The position numbers and the translations under genes are program-made. The notes below the pieces were generated by a model. It was given only the letters and a program-made list of their open reading frames with translations. It made no database searches and was not told the DNA's origin. From positions 64,001 through 128,000 of the forward strand of contig OY970173.1 in the NCBI GenBank assembly GCA_963707635.1: DNA of 64,000 nucleotides, in the 5' to 3' direction. This stretch comes from Candidatus Latescibacterota bacterium (GTDB lineage Bacteria > Krumholzibacteriota > Krumholzibacteriia > WVZY01 > JAKEHA01). Shown in pieces: positions 9,877 through 20,317 of this stretch; positions within the stretch are counted from its first letter, which is position 1; the number at the start of each line of letters is the position of its first letter.

Positions 9877-9918
9877 GCCGCTATTTTTACCACGAGCACA
9901 ACGCGTTCACATCAGGGA

Positions 9919-9956
9919 GGGTTGCCGGACCCGGGGGCGGATGAGTCCGGCAACCC
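9919..9956 (-). terminator. Stem-loop downstream of the secreted-protein gene
   Basis: Perfect 12-bp inverted repeat GGGTTGCCGGAC (9919-9930) / GTCCGGCAACCC (9945-9956); no clear U-tract. Confidence 0.5.
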
Positions 9957-9979
9957 GGAGAACCCTGACTTCTCAGCAA

Positions 9980-12647
9980 CTACTTGAGCAACACCATCTT
10001 CCTCGTTTCGTTGAACTCTCCGGCGCGCATCCGGTAGAAGTACACACCCGACGCCACGCGCTGGCCGCGATCGTCGTCGCCGTTCCACTGCACCGACCAC
10101 GTGCCTGCGCTGCGATGCTCGTCGACCAGCTCGCGCACCATGCGACCCGCCACGTCGTAGATCGTGATGTTGACGTCTGCGCCGCCCTCTGGAATGTCGT
10201 ACGCGATCGTGGTGATCGGATTGAACGGGTTGGGCACGTTGGGATGTAGCGCGAACGACGTCGGGACAGGCGGAGCGCCGATCCCGGTGGGCGTCAGTGT
10301 CGCAATCACGAATGGCGACAGCGTCGCCACGTGGCCGCAGATCACGTTGTTCACCAGATCCCGCGTCGTCGTGACGTCCACCCACGCCGAACCGTCGTAG
10401 TGCGCGATGACGAGATTCCCCTCCGGGCCCGGGATGTTGTTCTCGTCGTAGAACAAGCACACGTCGACACCTCCCGTGTACGAGGCGTCTGTCGTCACAT
10501 CGAAGTAGATCGACGGATCGTTCGGGTTGCCGACCGTAAAGTTCGACGACACCGGCACAGGCGGCGTGAACGGGTTCACCACGAAGGTGTTGCCGGGGCT
10601 GCTTACGTCACCGTATGTCGCGCTTCCTCGAACGTTTCCATTTGCGTCCACGAGATCGACGAGAACACTCGAGCCTACAGGGGTGTTCTCGGAAAGAATG
10701 CAAAATGACAGCTCCGACGTACTGCCGCTCGCGTTGGTCGCGGTGGCCACGATGTAATTCGCAGGGGGAATCGGTTGCGCGGGTGTGAAGGTAAACGAAG
10801 CAGTCCCGCCCCCGTCCGTATTGACTACAATTTCCCCCATGTAGATTTCCGCGTTGCATGAGCTAAAGCTTTGCGGAGATCGGTAAAAATTGAGCGTGAT
10901 GGACTCGCTGAACCCCCCGTGCATGATCCCCGAGACCTGGTTGCCACTTGCCGCCGAGACATCGGGGAAGTTCTGCAAGTAGTTGGCTCCAAAATCGAAG
11001 TCAAGGAAGTCGTTGATCGTGATGCCGTCCTGGCCAAGGTCGATCCCTTGAGCGGCGATGTGGTGCATTGAATTGCCCACAATCCGATTGTCAACTGAGT
11101 AGGGGTCCGAGACTACGACCCCATAGTCGCCATACGCAATCACGTTGGCTTCTCCGGGGTTCGCGGAACCGATGTGGTTGGATTGCGCGCCGCCCAGGAG
11201 CATGACTCCGATGTCGTTCCCCAGGGATGTGGACGCATCTGCGCCGATTCCGATGTAATTGCCGTAGATCCCGACGCCGTCGGCCCCGTCCACTCGCACG
11301 CCGTAAACGCTCCACCCAATCACGTTGCGGCTGGCTGGCGCTGCACCCCCCACCACACACCCGTCGGATTCGATCAAGACACCGGTCAGGTTCCCGTTGC
11401 CGGTAATCCCCGACGCGTCCATGCCGATGTAGCTGCCCTCCACGACGACGCCGGGCGAGCTGACTCGGATTGCTGCTCCCGCCCACCCATGGGTCGAGAG
11501 TCCGCGTACCACTCCGGGCGACTGGAACACCAGGCCATCCGGGGAGCCCGCAAACGGCCCCCAAAGACTGACCTCTATTTGCGCGTCCAACGGTTCACCG
11601 ACGGGATTGGTGTTGGGCGATGCCCCGGGCTGAGTAAATCCATCAATGATCAGCTGATGGGTAATCACCGGCAGGGCCGACAAGAGCGTGATCATGTGCG
11701 GACCGGGACCGGGGATATCAAACGAAATGGCCCCCGCCTCTGGGGAAGAGCCATGGACAAGCATCGCCCGCCTCAAGGTGCCACTCGTGTTGGTGTCGGC
11801 GGTGCTGGTCACCTTGTAGATGTGCCCGACCGTGCGGCTTACGCAAACGTTGTCGATGAGGGGCGCGTGCGAATGGCACGCTCCGCCGGGGCCCCAGGTC
11901 CACGCCATGTCCTTGACACCGACTGCCACCTGCACGTCCGTGGCACCGCCCGGAATCGGGACGACGAACCCAGCAAGATTGTTTCGAAACCAGACCTTCG
12001 CCGCCGAATAGTAGGCGTAACCGTCGTCCATCCACGCAGTCGGCACGCCGGCGACCATGAAACGAACCTTCCAGACATAGAACACCAGGTTGGCCAGCGG
12101 CAGATCCATGTACGCATCAAACGTGAGTGTCAACTGATCGAACTCTGCCGGTACCGGCACACCGTCCTTGTCGTCCGCGAGCGGTATCCATTTGGACGCG
12201 ACCTCGTTATGGATGTAGTCGCTATAGGAATGCGACCCCGGATTGGTGGTCTTCGGAACCGCCAGCTGGCTCGGGTAGCCACCGCACCCGTAGTCATCCG
12301 GAGAGTTCTTGTAGAACGACCAGAAATGCCCGTCGTTGAAGTAAGCGGGGTCCTCCTGCACAACCGAGGCGCCCGACACCAGGTCTGCGTATAGTCCGAA
12401 GCCTGACGAGTCCACCGCCACCCATCCTTCCGTGGAGGGACCGCCGACGCCGTCTTCGAAGGTGTATTCCTTCAGTATGCGCCCGAGTGAGGCCGGGGGG
12501 ACCTCGCACGGCGGCAAGCCCGGGATCTGGGGGTTAGCAGCGCGTGAGGGACTCGGATCTGGATTGTACTTCGACCTGAAACGGTTCGAGCTGCTTTGAG
12601 AACGCGAGCACAGGGAGAATCAGAACCGCGAAGAACAAGGCCTTCAT
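9980..12647 (-). CDS. Secreted protein with parallel beta-helix (CSLREA-like) region and FlgD-Ig/T9SS-type C-terminal domain; frameshift near the 5' end
   Basis: Signal peptide MKALFFAVLILPVLA from ATG 12647 is out of frame with the 845-aa ORF. VTSTADTNTSGTLRRA, GNYIG repeats, and C-terminal [12 protein letters not shown]...[25 protein letters not shown]. Confidence 0.8.
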
Positions 12648-12757
12648 GGCGGACCCCCTTTGGGAGCCTGGCAGCGGCTGGCGCTGCGTGGTCGTAGGAA
12701 ATTGATGAGGAATCCAGGGGCCCGGACAGCGCCGACGCCGCCCGGGCGGAAGGACTC

Positions 12758-12793
12758 GATCTATTGGACGAAAACGCGGAGCCGAATCACACG
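12758..12793 (-). promoter_or_regulatory. Candidate ECF-sigma promoter CGTGT-N18-CGTCCAATAGATC
   Basis: Same motif and spacing at 28707-28742; a CGTC -10 core is typical of ECF promoters. Confidence 0.6.
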
Positions 12794-12827
12794 CCCGAGA
12801 AGAGAAATTTCTTCAATCCGCCGGCAG

Positions 12828-13493
12828 CTATCGGATTCGAATGGATCCGGGTTCGGAGACCTCGATGGTGTCCCCCGCCTGGAGCGCATACACCCGCCAC
12901 ATGAGATCGAGGCTGGGTGGTAGGTCCGACGGCAACAGCGACCGATCGATCACGACCGACGTCTCCGCGACAGCGGGATGGCGGTAGATCTCCGTCAGGC
13001 CCGGGCCGTAGATGCGAACCTGGTACGCATCCGCGCCGGGAACAGGGGCCCAGGAAAGGTGAATGGATCCGTCGGAGCGTACCTCGGCGGGCGGAAGGGC
13101 CCCGGACTGTGTGGCCGATCCGCTGCGCAAGAGAATGCCTTCCGGTCCACGCGACTGCTGCCATACCACGACGGCGAAGACCGCAACCGCCCCGGCTGCA
13201 ATAAGCGGAGCTGGGCGCAGGAGCCCGCGCAACCGAATCGAAAAACTCGCAGATGACCGCCGCGACTCGGGCGGGCGCTTCTCGCCCACCTTCGAGGCAA
13301 TCAACGCATCCAGCGTCCGGCGCGCGGTCTCGGTGTCGAACCCGGCCACCGGTTCGGCGCGAAGAAACTCATGATAGGACCGCCAGAGGTTCCGACAACG
13401 AGGACAGTCCTCGACATGCCGCCGCATCGGGTGATCCGCCGCCAGTTCGGCAACTTCACCGATTGTCTCGCTCTCAATGCATCGAGTCTCCAA
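12828..13493 (-). CDS. Zinc-finger (HxxxCxxC) transmembrane anti-sigma factor with extracytoplasmic Fn3-like domain
   Basis: HVEDCPRC motif, single TM helix (PLIAAGAVAVFAVVVW), IHLSWAPVPGADAYQVRIY; directly downstream of the ECF sigma gene. Confidence 0.8.
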   Translation of the reverse strand: METRCIESETIGEVAELAADHPMRRHVEDCPRCRNLWRSYHEFLRAEPVAGFDTETARRTLDALIASKVGEKRPPESRRSSASFSIRLRGLLRPAPLIAAGAVAVFAVVVWQQSRGPEGILLRSGSATQSGALPPAEVRSDGSIHLSWAPVPGADAYQVRIYGPGLTEIYRHPAVAETSVVIDRSLLPSDLPPSLDLMWRVYALQAGDTIEVSEPGSIRIR

Positions 13494-13508
13494 TTGAGTC
13501 TCCTTCCA

Positions 13509-14084
13509 TCAAATTCCGCGGTCGATGGCGGCGCGGAGCTTTCTGCGCGCGCGCTGGAGGACGGCCCGCGCGCCGGATGCGCCATCGATACTCAACATCG
13601 CCGTGATCGCTTCCAGGCCCATTCGTTCGAAACACCGCAGCCAGATGACATCCTGTTCCAGCGGCTCCAGTTCGGTCCGGATCATCTGAAGGAGGCGTTC
13701 CTCGTCTTCGTCCTGCTCCACCGTCACATCCGCGAGTGGCACCGGATCGGGGACATCATCCGGGACGTCTTCGTCCGCAAGGAGTTCAACCCGCCGGCCG
13801 GAGTCGATGCAGCGGTTCCGCGTGACGGTGAAGACCCACGAGGAGAACTTCGACCGTCCCTCGAACGAGCCGACCCGCTTCCACACGGTCAAGAGCACTT
13901 CCTGCGACAGATCCAAGGCGCGTTCCGGGTCGCGGGTGTAGCGCAGGCACCAAAAGTACACCGCGTCGCGGTAACGACGCAGGAGCTCCTCCACCGCTTC
14001 GCGCCGTCGCGCCTCGTCAGGGTCGTTTCGGGCGACCCGGAGCAGGTCGTCGTCCGGGCCCCTCACTTGATTAGACGCAGCCAT
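13509..14084 (-). CDS. ECF-family RNA polymerase sigma factor
   Basis: Region 2 (ALDLSQEVLLTVWKRVGSFEGRSKFSSWVFTVTRNRCID) and region 4 (LQRARRKLR); start at ATG 14084. Confidence 0.9.
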   Translation of the reverse strand: MAASNQVRGPDDDLLRVARNDPDEARRREAVEELLRRYRDAVYFWCLRYTRDPERALDLSQEVLLTVWKRVGSFEGRSKFSSWVFTVTRNRCIDSGRRVELLADEDVPDDVPDPVPLADVTVEQDEDEERLLQMIRTELEPLEQDVIWLRCFERMGLEAITAMLSIDGASGARAVLQRARRKLRAAIDRGI

Positions 14085-14094
14085 CTTCTCGGGT

Positions 14095-17014
14095 TCACAC
14101 GCGATTTGGGTCGGAATACAAGTTATCCACGCGACGTGGGCGCCGCCTCCGCACGACCGCCATGGTCGTGCCGGCAAGTGCCAGCGCCAGCAGGGCAAGA
14201 AGTGCCGGGCGGAGACGGGAAGCCCTTTCCACCCTTACCACCATCGAGCCATCCCCGACCACGGTGAAACCGGCCCAGTAGAATGGATGCGACACGGCCG
14301 CGGGTGCGCCGGGTGTCGAGCTGCGCAAGGCGGAGCGACGTCGCCACCGATTCGCCCTTCGCGAGGTGCTCATAGAAACAGCGCATCACCCGGGCCGTGG
14401 CGCGGTCGTCGATGGGCCAGAGGCTCGACACCACCACGGGGACTCCCGCGCTCATGAACGCGGCGGTGAGCCCGAGGACTCCCTCGCCGGTGGTGAGACG
14501 CCCACCCGCCGTCTCACAGCCGGCGAGCACGGTGAGCGTCATGGGGAGCGACAGCTTCGCGATCTGCCACGCGCGCACGAAGGGGTCGCCTCGAAACGCC
14601 CGCGCGACCAGTGCGGAATCGGCGGATGAGAGAATGGCCGTGGTATCGGCTGACGAACGGGTCGTTGTCGGGATCGATGCGATCCCGGAGTCCGCCGCTT
14701 CGGCGACTGCAACCAACCGCAGGCCGGACTGCCATGGGGACTGATCGACGATGAGCGCATGAGCGGCAACGTGAAGCACGTCGCACTCGGAGAGAACCAC
14801 CGCAAGCCCATCCGCGCCACCGACGAGTCCACGCACGCGGTGCACGCCGGCATAACGGGTCGAGAGCGCGCGAACCTCCGCGTCAGCGCCGGGCAGTCTC
14901 GATTCCGTCGATGCTTCGAGAGCGACAAGCCTCGCCGCACCGCCGCGCGATCGGGTTGGACGAGACCGCTGGAGTGAGAGCACGCTGGCGGATGGTATCT
15001 GCACGACGTCCTTCGTCTCCATGAGCAAGCGCGACGAGTCGCCAGGCATCAGCGTCCCGAACGGGATCGACGCGAAGAACCCGTCGGGCGCGACGAACAC
15101 ACGCTGCGCTTTCTCCACCAGGTCGACCACCTCGCCCATCACGGCCATGCCAATGTACTGCTGGATCGACGCCAGGCGCTCAGGCGGAAAATCCGCCTGC
15201 AAGGCCAGGTCGGCGCTTGCCATGGCGCGGTGGTAGAGGTCGATGCTCTCGGCGAGCGGCGAATCCGGCCCTGGGAGCTTGACGAGGCGCAGAGAGTCGG
15301 ACGTAACCGCCACCAGATACGATTCGGCGCTCCCGACGAATAGCTCGAGCAGCAACTCGCCGGGCCGGAGTACGCGGCCCTGCAGTTCATCGATCGTGGC
15401 AACTCGTTGGACGGTTGCCGGTTCCGTTTCGGTGCGCGGCTCGCTGATCCGGTCGAGAAGGCTTCGGGTCTTGAAGCGCTGCATGCAGTCGAAGAAAGCC
15501 CTCTCACGCACCGGCGTCGGGAGACCTTCCGGGTACTCGAGCAGCACTTGTCCGGCGTCCAGAACGTCGCGCGCATTGTCCTGGCCGAATGTTTCACGCC
15601 ATTCGGGCGTGTTGATTCCACGGCGTGCGGTTTCGAGGCTGTCGAGCCCGTCGACCAGCGACGCGTACGCCTCCGCCCTCCGACCCAGAGTGCGGTAGCA
15701 CACGCTCTCCCGCAGGCGGGCGGTCACGGCTACTCGTTGCGACGTCATGTTCTGCGCGCATTTGACCGCCCGGTGCGCGGATCGCAACGCCGCCTCCGGA
15801 TGGTTCGCCCGCTCGTGCAGACGCGACAGCAGCAGGTACGCAGCGGGTTCGGCCTCCGCGTAGACGTTCGCCCCGCTCGCTTCGAAGTTCTCAATTAGCA
15901 GCTCGATCGCCTGTGGAACACTGTCGTTGCTCGCGAGCACCCGGGCGAGCCCGATAACGGCCAGGTCCCTGTGCTGGGGTTCGAGCCGGTCTGTCACGGC
16001 CAGCAGCCGCCGATAGATGGTTCCGGCCGCATTGTACTTGCCCTCGGCGATTCGCAGATCGGCCAGGCTGACGTCCACCATGTTTGAGAACTCACCGCCT
16101 CCCCGCGTGCGGCACACGTCCTTCGCGTCGTTCAGAATCGCCTCCGCATGGGCGAAGTCGCCGAGCTCCTGGGCCCGCGCCGCCAGATTGAGGGCGGGAA
16201 TCACCATTCCGCGCGGAAAGCTGATCTCGCGCGCGATGTCGAGCGCCCTCTGAAAATACGCGGCGGCGCGGCCGGGATCACCGTTGGCCGACTCGAGGGT
16301 TCCGAGGTTGTTGACCGCCCACATCTCGTTCACGCGATCGCCGGCTTCGCAAGCGACGATCCATGCTTGCTGAAAGCAACGCTTCGCTTCCGCCTCGCTC
16401 CCGACTGCGTGCTCGACTCGACCCAGGCCGATCAGCGGTTCGACCGTCAGACGCGGGCTTCCACTTTGACGGAACAGTGTGATCGCGTGTCGGTACTCTG
16501 CTCCTGCCCTGGCGTTATCGCTGAGCAAGTGAGCACAGTAGGCGATAGCGCTCCGCGCCCATGCCTCGTCGATCGTGGAATGGACCTTCCTGGCTAGCAG
16601 CAAGCGCTTTTCAAAACAGCGCGTGGCATCGTCGTAGCGGGCCTCGCCCGTGTATACAAACCCCTTGTAGTGAACGGCCGGCATCCATCCGACGGTGTCG
16701 CGCGCCGCCTCCGCGATACGGATGGCGATGTCGATATCATGCTCGGCCTCGACTCGGCGACCGACCATGATGAGAACGCGGCCGCGCTGGGCGTACATGC
16801 GCCCCAGCAGGATCGAATCGCGCTCCGCTTCGGCGCGCTGGATGTATGCGGGGATCAGGCTGAGGATGGAATCATACCGGGAAGCGGTGAAGAGGTCATC
16901 GATACGGCGCCGGATTTCGGTCGTAGTGAGCCGTCCGGTTTCGCCCGCGGCAGGAACGGTGGGGGTTGCCAGAAGAACCAGGAGCACAGGGATTGCGGGA
17001 GGATGAATCCGCAT
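14095..17014 (-). CDS. Exported, C-terminally anchored TPR-CHAT (caspase-like) protease; frameshift near 14310
   Basis: Signal-like MRIHPPAIPVLLVLLATPTVPA, TPR repeats, CHAT motifs VAPDG, VLHVAAHA (His), LTVLAGCETAGG (Cys), VSSLWPIDD; HPFYWAGFTVVGDG and a TM helix with RRRR lie in the shifted frame (ORF 14095..14373). Confidence 0.85.
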
Positions 17015-17019
17015 GATCG

Positions 17020-17789
17020 CTATGGCGAACTGGCCGTGATCCGACGTGCGAGCACCCAGGTGTACTGCGTCCCCTCTCCCAGGACGCGCTCGACCGCGCA
17101 TTCCTCCCGCCGCAGCGGCCGCGACCTGCGCGAGAGTCACGCGCGACCCCTGCCATGCCGGGTGTTCGAGGTCGCGCGGGCCGTTCGACACGGCGGCGGA
17201 GTGAACGATGTCGTGTCGACCCGAGCAACGTGCGTTTGAGTCGCCCGAGCGCCGCGCGCAGCGCCCCGAGTTGCGGCATCGTGTTCACCTGGAAATAGAA
17301 ACTCCCGCCGGGTCGCAGCACGCGCCCGGCGTCGCGGATGTACGTGAGCGTGACGTTTGCGTCTGGGATGTGCTGGAAGACGATATACGAGAACACGAAG
17401 TCGAAGCTCGCGTCGGGGTACGCCGAGAGGTCGACCCCGTTGCCGACGTCGAGGCGGACATTCGCGCAGGCATCGAGGTTCACTCTCGCCTGCCGGATCA
17501 TCTCTTCGGAAACATCGAGCCCGGTGACGTGGCCAAAGCGGCCGGCGAAGTACTTCGTCATGCGCCCGACGCCGCAGCCGATCTCGAGTAAACTTTCTTG
17601 CCCGGTGAACGGGAGGCCGGATTCGGTGAGGAACTTATCGGCGAGAATCCCGCCCCACTTCCAGAACTCGGCCGGATCCTGCTCGTCGTACGCGCGGTAC
17701 GACGAGATGTAGTACATCGCGTTCTCACGCGCCTTCTCGTCCCAGAAGGCGCGCATGGACGACGGGGGATCGGGGGCATGCGGCGGCAT
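17020..17789 (-). CDS. Class I SAM-dependent methyltransferase; two apparent frameshifts in the 3' part
   Basis: LEIGCGVGRM, FDFVFSYIVFQHIP, RVLRPGG. A plausible C-terminus (GPRDLEHPAWQGSR...VERVLGEGTQYTWVLARRITASSP*) lies in shifted frames and ends at TAG 17020. Confidence 0.8.
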
Positions 17790-17828
17790 GCCCCAAGATT
17801 AACACGGCGGAGAAACCGAGTCCTTACG

Positions 17829-20244
17829 TTACCGCGCGATCACCATCTTGCGCGTTGCTGTCTCCCCGCCCGCCGTGACCCGGCAGAAATAGACACCGCT
17901 GGCGAGAGGGCGGCCCCGATCGTCGTCCCCGGCGAGCGAGATGGTCCGCCAGCCCGCGGGCACATCGGCCAGGTTCATGCTACGCACCCGCCGACCCGCC
18001 GCGTCGAAGACGTCCAGGCGCAGGTCCGCCTTCGCGGGTAGCCCCACGGCGAACTCCGTGTGGCCGCGGAAGGGGTTCGGGTGGTTCTGCAGCACCGTGA
18101 GAGCAGAGGCAGGCGGCGTGCTGCCCACCCCCGTGGTCGCCCCCACGTTCGCCTCGTTCGACGGCGTGCTCTGGTTTCCGTGCACGTCGCTCGCGGTGAC
18201 GATGTAATAGAGCGCGCTCGCGGGTGCGCCGCTGTCCACCAGACACCGTGTCGCCGACGCTCGACAGGAAGTTGACGGGCACTGCCGTCACCCCCGAAGA
18301 AGTTGCCCGGTACACCACGTAGTTCTTCAGATCGCGTCACGCGCACGCGGTTCCACTTGAGCTGCACATCCGCGCCCGCGCGCTGCGCGGTCAAGAACAG
18401 CGGTGCGGTCGGTGCCAGGTTGTCCACCGAATGCCCGCTCATCACGTTCGACGGCCAGAATCGTATATCCATCGCTCGTCTCCGAAACTCACTATGAAGT
18501 GATGCTGCGCGAGGCCCTGAACCGTCGAGTCCGCGCGCGTCGACGTGCTGAAGCTGTAGGTCGGGAAATACTTGGCGTCCTGATTACCGACCCACTCCCA
18601 GTAATAGTCGGTCAGGGGCCCATGCTGGACCCAGAATGCTTGGCCCTGAAAATCGGCCGGGACACGCAAGGGTTCGGCACCGCCGTACGTAACTGCCTCT
18701 GCACTCTGCATCACCGCCGCGTCGGTTGCCCTCCATACCGAGTAGTGGCTGATCGTGCGCAGGTTCAATTGATCCCAATCACCCGCTTTCCAGTTCACCT
18801 TCACCTTGCCCCCCTGATCCCCCCGCACGTCAGCCACCGAGGTGATGATCGGTTCCGGGTGCCCCCAGTACCCGTATCGAAACTCCACCCGCTGCGCGTA
18901 GACGTCGTTCGTGCTGCCGCTTCGACGAGAGTCGTGCCACGTCACGATCGCCCCGCCCGAACCGTCCGAGACAATCGTGGGGTAGGACTGGTCGCCCGCC
19001 GCGGTGCACAGGGCCACTCCATCGCCCGTCCACTGCACTGCGCCCGAGGGGCTCACCCGCTGCGCGTAGACGTCGTACGTGCTGCCACTTCGAGAGTCGT
19101 ACCACGTCACGATCGCCCCGCCCGAACCGTCCGAGACAATCGTGGGGTAGGACTGGTCGCTCGCCGCGGTGCACAGGGCCACTCCATCGCCCGCCCACTG
19201 CACCGCACCCGAGGGGCTCACCCGCTGCGCATAGACGTCGTACGTGCTGCCGCTTCGCAAGTCGAGCCACGTCACGATCGCCCCGCCGGAACCGTCCGAG
19301 ACGAGCACGGGGGAGTCCTGGTGGTTCGCCGCGGTCGAGAGCGCCACTCCATTGCCCGTCCACTGCAGCGCCCCCGACGCGTTCACCCGCTGGGCGTAGA
19401 TGTCGGGGGTGCCGCTTCGCCAGTCGAACCACGTAACGATCGCCCCACCGGAACCGTCGGCAACGATCGTGGGAGCAAGTTGATCGTTCGCCGCGGTGCA
19501 AAGGGCCACCCCATTGACCGTCCACTGCACAGCCCCCAAGGCGCTCACCCGCTGCGCGTAGATGTCGAACTTGCCGGTTCGCAAGTGCTGCCACGTCACG
19601 ATCGCCCCGCCGGAACCGTCGGCGACGATCGTGGGAATAAGTTGATCGTTAATCGCGGTGCAAAGGGCCACCCCATTGACCGTCCAGTGCACAGCACCCG
19701 AGGGGCTCACCCGCTGCGCGTAGATGTCGGCATTGCCGCTTCGTACGTCTTGCCACGTCACGATCGCCCCACCGGCACTGTCCGAGACGATCGTCGGGAA
19801 AGCCTGCTGGTCCACCGCGGCACACAGGGCCACGCCGTTGGCCGTCCACTGTACCACCCCCGACGCGTTCACCCGCTGCGCGTAGATGTCGTAATTGCCG
19901 CTTCGCAAGTCCTGCCACGTCACAATAGCCCCACCCGAACCGTCCGAGACAATCTTGGGGACGGCCTGGTCGTTCACCGCAATGCACAGCGCCACGCCGT
20001 CGGCCGTCCACTGCACCGCACCCGAGGCGTTCACCCGCTGCGCGTAGATGTCGTAATCGCCATTTCGATTGTCCTGCCACGTCACGATCGCCCCCCCGGA
20101 ACCGTCCGAGACAATTGTGGGGTAGGACTGGCCGCCCGCCGCGGTCGTGAGGGCGGTGCCATCGGGTTGCCACTGCCCGAGCGCCGGAAGTGGGGCGAGA
20201 AGAAACACGAGAACCAGTAGAGAGAATGAGAAACAGGGTTTCAT
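17829..20244 (-). CDS. Secreted 8-repeat beta-propeller protein with Fn3-like and FlgD-Ig/T9SS-type C-terminal domains (paralog 4; frameshifted)
   Basis: Signal peptide and eight ~54-aa repeats ([30 protein letters not shown]). ORFs 18442..20262, 17975..18472, 17980..18318 and 17829..18239 join when aligned with the paralog at 20318-22721. Confidence 0.8.
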
Positions 20245-20317
20245 ACGCGGCCTCCGAATCAAGACGGTGCCGACGACAAGGCAGAGCGCGCGAGGAGCCG
20301 CGTCAGCCTCCGTCGTC

